From assembly GCA_963851265.1 (NCBI GenBank), contig CAWKNZ010000010.1, forward strand, positions 32,001 through 96,000: a stretch of 64,000 nt of DNA, written 5' to 3'. The translations under genes were made by a program, and so were the position numbers. Below are positions 9,030 to 18,532 of this stretch, piece by piece (within the stretch, counting starts at the first letter, position 1; each line of letters starts with the position of its first letter). The DNA comes from an uncultured Gemmatimonadales bacterium (GTDB taxonomy: Bacteria > Gemmatimonadota > Gemmatimonadetes > Gemmatimonadales > Gemmatimonadaceae). Below the pieces are notes generated by a model that was not told where the DNA came from, made no database searches, and saw only the letters and a program-made list of their open reading frames with translations.

Positions 9030-11357
9030 TCACCCACCCGGGTGATACACCCGCTCCGTATGCCCCACCAGCTGCGACGGGTAGAAATACACCTCGCGCA
9101 GATTCCCCGTCGTGTACCGCAGCGCCTGGTCTCCGAAGTGCGGCGACCGCGGATCCCCGCTCTCCCCGCCCGCGGTCACCGCGCGCGCCCGCACGCTGTC
9201 GCCGAACTCGACGACCGCGACAAAGCTGTTCCCGCTGGTGCCGTAGTACTTGCGCGTCCCCGGATACGCCCGCGCCCCGAACGACGCGAGCGACCCCCAC
9301 TGCGACGACGTGAACCCGACCGGGATGCTCGGGGCCGAGTCGCTGAACGGCTGCACGATGTCACCCGTTAGGCGCTGGTAACGGTTGATCTCGCCCCAGG
9401 GCGTCTGCCAGCGCCCGAAGCTCCGCTGCAGGCGGTCCGACGCGGCCGCAAGCGCTTCGAGCTTCACGCGCGGCGGCGTGCGCGAGGCCATGTAGTCGTA
9501 GACCGACATCCCGGCCGCGCGCGCGTCGGCCGCCGACCGCGCCCACAGCTCCTCGCCCCAGAAGACGGCGAGCGACGTCGGGACGCTCGCGACGCCCCAG
9601 CGGTAATCCCAGTGGCGGAGGGCCGCGACCTGCGGACCCACGCGGCGGCGCAGCGTGTCGGCGGCCGGCGTGCGGTCGTAGGCGGCGAGCAGCGTCGGGA
9701 CGAGTTGCGCGAAGGCAGTGAGGTACGGGTCGTACGCGGCCGCGATGAGCGACGCGGGCGTGAAGTCGTGGCGGTTGTCCAGGACGCGCCGCGCGTGCAG
9801 GCCGCGCGGGTTCTCGCCCACCTGGTCCATGTAGCGCGGGAAGTCGGCCCGCTTCGGGCTGTACGGGCCCGCCGCGGAGTACGGCCAGTTGTTCGTGTTC
9901 GCGATCCAGCCGTTGGCCGGGTCGAGCAGGTGCGGCACCTCGTCCACGCCGTGCACCCCGTGCCAGTCGGTCGCGGGATCGCTCCCGTCGACCGGGCGCG
10001 TGAAGTCGAACCGGTCGTCGCGCTTCGGGATGAACTGCGGGTGGTCGTACGCGATGTCGCCGTCGGCGTCGGCGAAGATCGTGTTGTTGGAGGAGTTCGC
10101 GTGCAACTCCATCACCTGCCGGAACGCGCGATAGTCGCGAGCCTTCGTGCGCAGGTACGACTGACTGAGCGCCTCGACGGGCCGCTGCATGAGCGCGACG
10201 CTTACCCAGCGGCCGCCCGCAGCGCGGACCACGGGGCCGTGGTGGGTGCGATAGACCGTGAACGTCCGCGACGCCAGCGCGCCGGTCGAGGTCCGGTAAG
10301 GGACGGCGATGGTCGACGTCACGATCGGCCGCTCCTCGCCGCCGTAGCGGTAATAGCGACGCCCCCCACGTTCGACCACCGTCTCCAGATACTCGTCCAC
10401 CGCGTCCACGCCGCTCGACGTGTGCATCCACCCCGCGCGCTCGTTGAACCCCTGGTAGACGAAGAACTGCCCCCAGGTGACCGCGCCGTACGCGTTCAGC
10501 CCCTCGCCGCTCGTCACCTGCACTTCGGCGCGGAAGAAGAAGGACGTGTGCGGGTTGATGAGGAGCAGCGCGCGGCCGCGCGCCGTGTTCGCCGGCGCGA
10601 TCGCGAACCCGTTCGACCCGGTCGGCTCGACGAACCGGAAGTCCGACGCGCGCGCTGCCCCGGCGCCGACTTCCGCATCGCCCGCGCGCGCCGGGCTGAC
10701 GCGCGCCGGAGTCGCCCCGGCCGGGGTGTCGCCGGTGCTCGCGGCCGGGCCGTAGAACGCGGCGAGATCGCCTAACGAGATCCGCTCCACGTCGCCGCCG
10801 ATGCTCCCCTCGCTGAACGCGAGTGGCATCCACGGCTCGAAGCGCGTGATGACGCGCGGCGTCACGCGCGGATGGGTGTGCAGGTAGTAGTTGAGTCCGT
10901 CGGCCCACGCGTCCATCAACCGCCGCAGCCACGCCGGACTCGCGGCGTACCGCGCACGGAGCGTGTCCGGGTCGGCGAACAGCTTCGCGCGCAGGTCGCG
11001 GTAGACGGCGCCCTCGCCCTCCGCCTCGGCCGTGCGCCCGAGGGCCGTCAGGTAGTTCGTCTCGACGCGGTTGAAATCGTCCTCGGCCTGCGCGTAGACG
11101 AGGCCGAACACCGCGTCCGCGTCGGTCGTGCCGCGCACGTGGGGGATGCCCCAGTCGTCCCGCGTGATCGTCACCGCCTCTGCCTCGCGCGACCACCGCG
11201 CGACGTCGGCGGCGCGCGCCGCGCCGGTCGTATCGGGGCGCCCCGGCGCGGCCGCGGCCGCGCGCGTCGCCCCGGACGACGCGCACGCCGCGGCGCTCCA
11301 GACGACGCCGCACCCGGCGATCGCTCGCCGGACGCGGATCGGTCGAATGCGGCGCAC
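9030..11357 (-). CDS. Penicillin acylase-family Ntn hydrolase, probable lipoprotein
   Basis: ITRDDWGIPHV, YAQAED, GSNGFAIAP (autocatalytic Ser nucleophile), LLINPH, SSNNTIFADADG; AAAC lipobox. Start approximate. Confidence 0.9.
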   Translation of the reverse strand: MRRIRPIRVRRAIAGCGVVWSAAACASSGATRAAAAAPGRPDTTGAARAADVARWSREAEAVTITRDDWGIPHVRGTTDADAVFGLVYAQAEDDFNRVETNYLTALGRTAEAEGEGAVYRDLRAKLFADPDTLRARYAASPAWLRRLMDAWADGLNYYLHTHPRVTPRVITRFEPWMPLAFSEGSIGGDVERISLGDLAAFYGPAASTGDTPAGATPARVSPARAGDAEVGAGAARASDFRFVEPTGSNGFAIAPANTARGRALLLINPHTSFFFRAEVQVTSGEGLNAYGAVTWGQFFVYQGFNERAGWMHTSSGVDAVDEYLETVVERGGRRYYRYGGEERPIVTSTIAVPYRTSTGALASRTFTVYRTHHGPVVRAAGGRWVSVALMQRPVEALSQSYLRTKARDYRAFRQVMELHANSSNNTIFADADGDIAYDHPQFIPKRDDRFDFTRPVDGSDPATDWHGVHGVDEVPHLLDPANGWIANTNNWPYSAAGPYSPKRADFPRYMDQVGENPRGLHARRVLDNRHDFTPASLIAAAYDPYLTAFAQLVPTLLAAYDRTPAADTLRRRVGPQVAALRHWDYRWGVASVPTSLAVFWGEELWARSAADARAAGMSVYDYMASRTPPRVKLEALAAASDRLQRSFGRWQTPWGEINRYQRLTGDIVQPFSDSAPSIPVGFTSSQWGSLASFGARAYPGTRKYYGTSGNSFVAVVEFGDSVRARAVTAGGESGDPRSPHFGDQALRYTTGNLREVYFYPSQLVGHTERVYHPGG

Positions 11358-11401
11358 GCGGCGTGCGACCTCGCGTCCGGCTGCGATGCGCGTGCGTGCG
11401 C

Positions 11402-11848
11402 TTACGCGCGCGACACGTGCATGCCCTTGATGCGCTCGTACGCCTGGCGCACCTCGGTGGCCTGCCGCTGTACCACGCTCGCCGCGTGAGCGGAGAGCGG
11501 CGCGGACATCGCGTCGGCGTAGGCCTTCACGGCGTTCTCGTCGCCGCGCTCGCACTCGGCGAGGATGGCCGCGTCGTCGCGCCCGGTGACCACGCTCTTG
11601 AGGTTGATCCAGCCACGGTGCACCGCAGCGCTCACGGAGCCACCCTTGTGCGCGTCGCCGCCCTCGGACGTCACCAGGCCGCGAAGCTCGGTCGCGAACT
11701 GCCCGCGCTGGGCCGCGTACTGCGTGAACACCTGCTTCATCTGCGAATCCTTGACGTCCTCGCTCGCGGCGCGGTAGCCGTCGGCGCCGTCCTGGGCGGT
11801 CTCGATCAGGTAGTTGAGCGCGTCGGGCGCGGACATGGAGTCTGCCAT
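11402..11848 (-). CDS. PA2169-family four-helix-bundle protein (DUF2383, ferritin-like)
   Basis: LNYLIETAQDGADGY, HRGWINLKS, ILAECERGDENAVKAY; GGAG RBS. Confidence 0.88.
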   Translation of the reverse strand: MADSMSAPDALNYLIETAQDGADGYRAASEDVKDSQMKQVFTQYAAQRGQFATELRGLVTSEGGDAHKGGSVSAAVHRGWINLKSVVTGRDDAAILAECERGDENAVKAYADAMSAPLSAHAASVVQRQATEVRQAYERIKGMHVSRA

Positions 11849-12119
11849 GGGAGTTCTCCGTTCGAAGGGTTGAGCTGCGCCGGGCGCGGGTGGCGCCGTG
11901 GGCAGGCGGCCGAGGCCGTCGCAGGTTCGGGACCGCGGGCGTGAGAATGGGCCACGTGTACCTGCGCCGACCGCCGAAACCCCGCGCGGACGGCCGCAAC
12001 GCCCGCCCGTGCCGCGCTCCGAGCGCACGACTTGCGACGCCTCCGCGAATGTAGCAGTGTCGCTCGCCCGCACGGTTTCGCCCGCGGGCACCCCGCCTCC
12101 CTCGACCCGAAGCCGTCCG

Positions 12120-13844
12120 ATGTCCTCGACGCCCCCGCCCCGCCTCGTCGCCCTGCCGGGGACTGAGCGCGACCCCGTCCCCGGCGCGCGCGCGATCGGG
12201 CCCACGCCACCCGACGAGTCGCTCCGCGTGAGCATCCACCTGCGCCCCCGCGCCGAGCTGCCCGACCCTGCACTGCTGGGCGCGGTCCCGGTCGACGCAC
12301 GTCCGGCACCGCTGACGCGGGAGCAGTTCGCCGAGCGCTACGGTGCGAGCGACGAGGACATCGCGGCCGTCCGCCAGTTTGCCGCGGCCGCAGGCCTCCA
12401 CGTCGTGGAGGAGCACGTGGCACGGCGTACCGTCGTCGTCGAGGGGACGGCGGCCGCCGTCGAGCGCGCCTTCGAGGTCCGCCTGAGCCGCTTCGCACAC
12501 CCCGACGGGAGCGAGTACCGCGGCCGGGTCGGCCCCGTGCACGTGCCGGAGTCGCTCGCGCATGCCGTCGACGGCGTGTTCGGGCTCGACACGCGGCGCA
12601 CGGCGCGGTCCAACGCGATCATTCGCCCGCTCCCGGTCGGAACGTCGCACGCGGCGGGCACCGCGCGGCCCTGGTTCACTCCGCCCGAGCTGGGCACCCT
12701 CTACGCGTTTCCGCCGGGCGACGGCGCCGGCCAGTGCATCGGGCTGCTCGAGTTCGGCGGCGGCTTCGACACCGGCGACCTGGCCACCTACTGGAGCGCG
12801 ATCCAGGTCGCCCCGGCGCCCTCCGTCGTCGCGGTCCCGGTGGGGACCTCGACCAACCAGCCGGGCAAGGACCCCGGCTCGGACGGGGAGGTCATGCTCG
12901 ACATCGAGGTCGCCGGCGCGCTCGCGCCCCGGGCCACGATCGCGGTGTACTTCTCGACGTTCACCCAGCAGGGTTGGGTCGACGCGCTGACCACCGCGGT
13001 GCACGACACCACGCACCGTCCGAGCGTGCTGTCCATCAGCTGGGGGTACGCCGAGGGGCACCTCACGTGGACCGCCGCGGCGACGAAGGCCGTCGACGAT
13101 ACGCTCAAGGCCGCGGCGCTGCTCGGCGTGACGGTGTGCGTCGCGTCGGGCGACGACGGGTCGAGCGACGACGTCGAGGACGGGCACGCCCACGTCGATT
13201 TCCCGGCGTCGAGCCCGTACGCGCTCGGGGTCGGCGGGACGGCGCTCGTGGCAGACGCGACGCGCACGCACATCACCGCGGAAACCGTGTGGAACGGCGG
13301 CCCGCGTGCGACGGCCAACGGGGCCGGCGGCGGCGGCGTGAGCAGCGTGTTTCCGCTCCCCGCGTTTCAGGCGCACGCCAACGTGCCCCGGTCGGTGAAC
13401 CCCGGGCACAAGGCCGGGCGCGGCGTCCCCGACGTGGCCGCGGTCGCCGACCCGCGTACGGGCTACTACGTGCGCTCGTCGGGGCAGGACGGGGTCGCCG
13501 GCGGGACGAGTGCATCGGCGCCGCTCTGGGCCGCGCTGCTCGCGCGCATCAACGCGGGCGGCACGCGCCCCGTGGGGTACATCACGCCGCTGCTCTACGC
13601 GTCGGCGGGCGCGGCGGGCTGCCGCGACATCACGCAGGGCAACAACGACACGACGGGGAAGATCGGCGGCTACCCCGCGGGCCGGGGGTGGGACGCGTGC
13701 ACGGGGTGGGGCAGCCCGAACGGGGCCACGCTCGGCGCCGCCCTCCGCGGTGGCGCGGGCGCCGCGCCGGCGGTGGCCGAGCGCGACGGCGCGCGGGCCG
13801 ACACGGGCGTCGTCGCCGGCGTCGGCGCCGGCGCGATCGCCTAA
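12120..13844 (+). CDS. S53 sedolisin/kumamolisin-family serine-carboxyl peptidase with prodomain
   Basis: EVMLDIE (E-x3-D), SISWG, ASGDDGS, RGVPDVA, GGTSASAP, WDACTGWGSP. Confidence 0.93.
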   Translation: MSSTPPPRLVALPGTERDPVPGARAIGPTPPDESLRVSIHLRPRAELPDPALLGAVPVDARPAPLTREQFAERYGASDEDIAAVRQFAAAAGLHVVEEHVARRTVVVEGTAAAVERAFEVRLSRFAHPDGSEYRGRVGPVHVPESLAHAVDGVFGLDTRRTARSNAIIRPLPVGTSHAAGTARPWFTPPELGTLYAFPPGDGAGQCIGLLEFGGGFDTGDLATYWSAIQVAPAPSVVAVPVGTSTNQPGKDPGSDGEVMLDIEVAGALAPRATIAVYFSTFTQQGWVDALTTAVHDTTHRPSVLSISWGYAEGHLTWTAAATKAVDDTLKAAALLGVTVCVASGDDGSSDDVEDGHAHVDFPASSPYALGVGGTALVADATRTHITAETVWNGGPRATANGAGGGGVSSVFPLPAFQAHANVPRSVNPGHKAGRGVPDVAAVADPRTGYYVRSSGQDGVAGGTSASAPLWAALLARINAGGTRPVGYITPLLYASAGAAGCRDITQGNNDTTGKIGGYPAGRGWDACTGWGSPNGATLGAALRGGAGAAPAVAERDGARADTGVVAGVGAGAIA

Positions 13845-13855
13845 CGTCGCCAACG

Positions 13856-13889
13856 GTGGCGGCGGCGCGCCGCTTCGCGCCGCCGCCAC
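13856..13889 (+). terminator. 14-bp perfect hairpin just after the S53 stop
   Basis: GTGGCGGCGGCGCG-CCGCTT-CGCGCCGCCGCCAC, no U-tract. Confidence 0.45.
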
Positions 13890-14008
13890 GGCGCAGTCCG
13901 CCGACCAGTCGCGCGGCCCGCGGCGGCGCGGCACGCGCGGTGCCCCCGGCGGTCACGTCCTGCTACTCCGCCGCCTAACCGCGGCCTGCGACCCCGAACT
14001 TTCACGAG

Positions 14009-15931
14009 ATGGCCTGGAGCCTGACGCTCGGCGCCCGCCCGACGGCGGACGGCGTGTTGTTCCGCGTGTGGGCGCCCGAAGCCGCGCGCGTCGACGTCGT
14101 GTCGTCCGACACGCGGGCGCACGCGGGTGAGGACGCGCACGCCCTCACGCCCGACGGCGGGGGGTACTTCGCCGGACTCGTCCGCGGCATGCGGGCGGGC
14201 GCCCGGTACCGCTACCGCGTGGACGGCGGCGAGTCGTACCCGGACCCGGCGTCGCGCGCGCAGCCGGACGGCGTGCACGGCGCGTCGATGGTCGTCGACT
14301 CCGACGGGTTCGCGTGGACGGACGCGTCGTGGGCGGGCATCGAGCCCGACGACCTGATCGTGTACGAGGTGCACATCGGCACGTTCACGCCCGAAGGCAC
14401 CTTCGACGCCGCGATCGCGCGCCTCGACCACGTCGCCGCGCTCGGCGCGACCGCGGTCGAGGTCATGCCGATCGCCGCGTTCGCCGGCGCACGCAACTGG
14501 GGCTACGACGGCGTCGACCTCTACGCGCCGGCCGCGCCCTACGGCGGCCCCGACGGGTTCAAGCGCTTCGTCGACGCCGCGCACGCGCGCGGCCTCGCCG
14601 TACTCCTCGACGCGGTCTACAACCACTTCGGCCCTGACGGGAACTACCTCCACGCGCTCACCCGCGGCCGATTCTTCACCGACCGGCACCGTACGCCGTG
14701 GGGCGACGCGGTCGCCTACGACGGGCCCGACGGGGCCGCGGTGCGCGACTTCGTCGTCCAGAACGCGCTCTACTGGGCGCACGAGTACCACGTCGACGGG
14801 CTGCGCCTCGACGCGACCCACGCCATCCTCGACGACTCGCCCGTCCACGTCCTGACCGAGATCGCGGCGAAGCTTCACGACCTCGATCGTCCACGGATCG
14901 TGGTCGCCGAGGACGAGCGGAACGAGCGGCGTCTCGTGTTGCCGCCGCGCGAGGGCGGATTCGGGCTCGACGCCGTGTGGGCCGACGACCTTCACCACCA
15001 GGTGCGACGCCTGGCCGCTGGCGATTCGGAGGGGTACTTCGCGGCGTTCGGCGGCACGGTGGCCGACGTCGTCGCGACGCTCGAGCGCGGGTGGTTCTAC
15101 GAGGGGCAGGCGGTCGCCGGCGCGGGGCCCGACGCGCCCGCGACGCGCGGGACGCCGGCGGTCGGCCTGCCACCGCGGGCCTTCGTCCACTGCCTGCAGA
15201 ACCACGACCAGGTCGGCAACCGCCCCTTCGGCGACCGCCTGCACGACGCGATCCCGCTCTCGCTCTACCGCGCGCTCTCCGCGATGCTACTCGTGTCACC
15301 GTACACGCCGCTGTTGTGGATGGGGCAGGAGTGGGCCGCGTCGACGCCGTTTCAGTTCTTCACCGACCACACGCCCGAGTTGGGCGCACTCGTCACGGCC
15401 GGACGCCGCGCCGAATTCGCGGCGTTTTCCGCATTCCACGACCCTGCAGTGCGCGAGCGCATCCCCGATCCGCAGGACGAGGCGACGTTCCTGCGGTCCA
15501 AGTTGCAGTGGGACGAGCTCGCCGAAGCGCCGCACGCCGGCGTGCTCGCGCTCTACCGCGAGCTGCTGGCGTTGCGCCGCACCTCGCCCGCGCTCCGCGC
15601 GCGGGGGCGCGACGGGTTCGCCGTGGTGGCGTTAGGCGACTGCGCGCTCGCGCTCCGGCGCGAAGCGGCCGACGGCGACGCGCTGCTCGCCGTCGTGCAC
15701 TTCGGCGGGTCGCTACACCTCGACGTCGCCGGCACGTCGGTGACGCGCGCGCCGGCGGGCCGCCGGTGGGCGCGCGTCCTCTCGACCGAGGAGCGCCGAT
15801 TCGGCGGCTCGGGCGAGGGGGACGGGAACGACGGGGCGGCGCGGGAGCGCACGCCGGTCGACGTGCTGGATCTCGCCGCGCCGCAGGCCGTCGTGCTGTA
15901 CGCGCGTGCCGAGACGGCCCGGGCGTCGTGA
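14009..15931 (+). CDS. treZ: Malto-oligosyltrehalose trehalohydrolase (GH13)
   Basis: FRVWAP, YEVHIGTFT, RNWGYDGV, DAVYNHFGPDGNY, DGLRLDATHA, QNHDQVGNR, MGQEW. Confidence 0.93.
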   Translation: MAWSLTLGARPTADGVLFRVWAPEAARVDVVSSDTRAHAGEDAHALTPDGGGYFAGLVRGMRAGARYRYRVDGGESYPDPASRAQPDGVHGASMVVDSDGFAWTDASWAGIEPDDLIVYEVHIGTFTPEGTFDAAIARLDHVAALGATAVEVMPIAAFAGARNWGYDGVDLYAPAAPYGGPDGFKRFVDAAHARGLAVLLDAVYNHFGPDGNYLHALTRGRFFTDRHRTPWGDAVAYDGPDGAAVRDFVVQNALYWAHEYHVDGLRLDATHAILDDSPVHVLTEIAAKLHDLDRPRIVVAEDERNERRLVLPPREGGFGLDAVWADDLHHQVRRLAAGDSEGYFAAFGGTVADVVATLERGWFYEGQAVAGAGPDAPATRGTPAVGLPPRAFVHCLQNHDQVGNRPFGDRLHDAIPLSLYRALSAMLLVSPYTPLLWMGQEWAASTPFQFFTDHTPELGALVTAGRRAEFAAFSAFHDPAVRERIPDPQDEATFLRSKLQWDELAEAPHAGVLALYRELLALRRTSPALRARGRDGFAVVALGDCALALRREAADGDALLAVVHFGGSLHLDVAGTSVTRAPAGRRWARVLSTEERRFGGSGEGDGNDGAARERTPVDVLDLAAPQAVVLYARAETARAS

Positions 15932-15973
15932 CCGGCCGCGCCCCGGTCACCGCGCGCGAACGTCCGGTCCGCT

Positions 15974-17356
15974 CTACCGGAGCGCGCCTCTCGTCCAGAT
16001 GAGGACGACCGCGCACACGTTGCGCGTGTGCATGCGGCCGTATTCCGGAGGCGCCCAACCGGCGTCGGGGTAGACCTCGATCGCACCGACCTCGGTGGGG
16101 CTCAGCAGCTCGTCGATCTCGGTCGCACCGTTCGGGATGTACGTGCCGTCGAGGTAGACCTCGGCGGCGCACTCACCGCGGCCGAGGATCTGGGGGCGTC
16201 CGGTCGCGGTCGAACTCGAGACGTGCACGCCCGGCGTCATCACGAGCGCGTCCGCGATCGTCAGCGGAACGCGCCGCGCGATGTCATCGGCCGTGACGAC
16301 GCGAACGAACCCGGACGCGCGCCGCGTGCGCTCCAGGAAGTCCCGCGCCCCCCGTGGACGCGACGCGTAGACGTTCACCGATTGCAGGGCGGTCACGCGT
16401 GTTCCGACCGCCAAATCGAGTGACGCCGGTCGGTCGGCACGCAGGTCGGCCGCGGCACGCGCGGGTGTGAAGCCGATCGCGATCGCCTCGACGGGGTACG
16501 TGCCGCCGGGCAGTTGATCGAGCCGGTACGCGCCGTCGGCGTCGGAGACGGCCACGCTGTCGGCCACGCCCGCGCCGCGCACGACCACGCGCGCGCCGGC
16601 GAGCGGGGTGCCGTCCGGTCGGCGCACGTGACCCGCGAGGCGAGCGGTCCTGCGCTCCCCCGCCGCGGCGACCAGCAGGTCGCGGTGAACGAGTGGCGTT
16701 GCGACCTCGACGTGCATCTCGATCGCGCCGCTCGCCGCGGTAGCGGCACCCGACGCGGTCGCCGTCGCCTGCACCAGCACCGCCACGCCAAGTGGGATGC
16801 CGCACACCGCGTAGCGCCCGTCGGCGCCGGCCGCCCCGCGCACGCTCGGCGTCACGCGGCGGACACCGCCCGCGTCGACGCGGAGTTCGCCCCAGCGCAC
16901 CGCGACGTCGCCCGCGGCCACGGGGTCGCCGTTGGCGTCGAGCACGCGGCCGACGAGCACGCCAGTCGAGTCGCGCCGCGCGCCACACACCGCGGCGGCG
17001 ATCGTGCGTGCACTCGGAACGGCGAGGTCTGCGCGCACGGCCGTCGCGCCGGGGACGACGTCGACCGCGCGCACCGGCGGTTGGATGCCGAGCGAGTCGA
17101 GTCGCTCGTGCACGAACCCGAGCAGGTATCGCCCGGCCGCGACGCCGACGAAGCGGAACACGCCGGCCGAGTCGGCATCCACGCCGCGCGGCGTGCCGCC
17201 CGTCGTGCCCTGCGGTACGAGCTGCACCGTCGCTCCGGCCAACGGGCGGCCGGTGATGCTGTCGACCACGACGCCGGACACCGCCGCCTGCGCGGCGAGC
17301 GTCGCGGGCGCCGCGGCGAACGCGCCGAACAGCAGCGCGGGAACGACGACGCGCAC
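15974..17356 (-). CDS. Secreted protein with tandem carboxypeptidase-regulatory-like (beta-sandwich) domains and C-terminal TonB-plug-like domain
   Basis: Signal peptide ...ATLAAQ; VSGVVVDSITGRPLAGATV, GRVLDANG, GHVRRPDGTPLAGARV; VTADDI...IADAL..TPGV, VYLDG, EVGAIEVY, VVLIWTR. Start approximate. Confidence 0.75.
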   Translation of the reverse strand: MRVVVPALLFGAFAAAPATLAAQAAVSGVVVDSITGRPLAGATVQLVPQGTTGGTPRGVDADSAGVFRFVGVAAGRYLLGFVHERLDSLGIQPPVRAVDVVPGATAVRADLAVPSARTIAAAVCGARRDSTGVLVGRVLDANGDPVAAGDVAVRWGELRVDAGGVRRVTPSVRGAAGADGRYAVCGIPLGVAVLVQATATASGAATAASGAIEMHVEVATPLVHRDLLVAAAGERRTARLAGHVRRPDGTPLAGARVVVRGAGVADSVAVSDADGAYRLDQLPGGTYPVEAIAIGFTPARAAADLRADRPASLDLAVGTRVTALQSVNVYASRPRGARDFLERTRRASGFVRVVTADDIARRVPLTIADALVMTPGVHVSSSTATGRPQILGRGECAAEVYLDGTYIPNGATEIDELLSPTEVGAIEVYPDAGWAPPEYGRMHTRNVCAVVLIWTRGALR

Positions 17357-17457
17357 GCCAGCGGTGACGGAATCGTTTCGCCGGGTGAACGGGAACGTGC
17401 GCGAGCGTGAGATGCGGCGCTGGCCTGCCCCCGGGCGCGTCTTGGACGGCAGCACGA

Positions 17458-18462
17458 TCACGGAGTACCGGGCGCCGCGGGTGCGAGGAACCGGTGCCGG
17501 CGGAGCCACGTCGCGCACAGCGTGGCCCAGGTCGCGAGCGCGGGGTTGCCCGGTGCCAGGCCGAACCCGTGACCGCCCGTCTCGTACACGTGCAGCTCCG
17601 CGGGCACGCCGGCCGCGTGCAGCGCACGGTAGAACAGCAGCGAGTTCTCCACGGGCACGACATCGTCGTCGCTGGCCGCGACGAGGAACGTCGGGGGCGT
17701 CGCGGCCGTGACCTGGGTTTCGAGCGAGAGCGCGCGTACGAGCGTCGCGTCGGGGTGGGCGCCGAGCAGGTTCGTGCGCGAGCCCGCGTGGGCGGAATCG
17801 CCCATCGTGACGACCGGGTAGATGAGCACCGACACGTCCGGTCGCGCGCTCAGCCGGTCGGTCGAGTCGCCGGCTGCCGCGCCGGCCGGGTCGGCGTAGC
17901 GGGTCGTCACCGTTCCGGCCATGTGCCCGCCCGCCGAGAACCCGATCACACCCACACGGTGCACGTCCACGCGCCACTCGCGGGCTCGCGCGCGCACGAG
18001 GCGCACGGCGCGCAGCGCGTCCTGCTCCATCGCGGGGTGGTGGTACCGCGGCCCGAGTCGGTAGCGCACGACGAACGCGGCCACGCCGAGCGAGTTGAGC
18101 CAGCGCGCGACGTCGGTGCCTTCCTTGTCGAATGCCAGGTGCGTGTACCCGCCGCCCGGGTAGACGACCATCGCTGCGCCGGTCGCGCGCCCGGGAGCTG
18201 GGAGGAACGGCGTCAGGTCCGGCCGATCCTCGGGCGCGTCGCCGACGGCGCCGGGCGCGCGCGCGCGCCAGAGCGGGACGGGTGCCGGCAGGGACGCCCC
18301 CGGCTGCGCGCCTAACGTGCGCGCCGCGGCGCTGGACGCCACGCCGGCGCCCAGAGCGGTCCCGAGCGCCACGATGCGTCGGATGCGCCGGAGCTGCCTG
18401 TGGACGGACGCGGTCACGCGCGCGCGGTGTCTCCCTTGAGGATCGGGAACGCGCGACGACAT
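17458..18462 (-). CDS. Secreted alpha/beta hydrolase (BD-FAE / acetyl-xylan or pectin esterase-like)
   Basis: PGGGY, GFSAGGH (nucleophile elbow), DDDVV, GGHGFG; last gene of the uronate operon. Start uncertain. Confidence 0.85.
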   Translation of the reverse strand: MSSRVPDPQGRHRARVTASVHRQLRRIRRIVALGTALGAGVASSAAARTLGAQPGASLPAPVPLWRARAPGAVGDAPEDRPDLTPFLPAPGRATGAAMVVYPGGGYTHLAFDKEGTDVARWLNSLGVAAFVVRYRLGPRYHHPAMEQDALRAVRLVRARAREWRVDVHRVGVIGFSAGGHMAGTVTTRYADPAGAAAGDSTDRLSARPDVSVLIYPVVTMGDSAHAGSRTNLLGAHPDATLVRALSLETQVTAATPPTFLVAASDDDVVPVENSLLFYRALHAAGVPAELHVYETGGHGFGLAPGNPALATWATLCATWLRRHRFLAPAAPGTP

Positions 18463-18532
18463 GGCTGCGCGCGGGTCACGGTGGGTCACGGTGCGTCACG
18501 GTCGAGAATCGGAGAGGAGTGCGCCACGGGGC

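Noticed and set aside
9030..13934. 1634-aa minus-strand ORF as one giant protein
   Set aside because: Only the last ~775 aa are the acylase. The upstream part is the antisense shadow of the S53 gene and an off-frame read of the DUF2383 gene.
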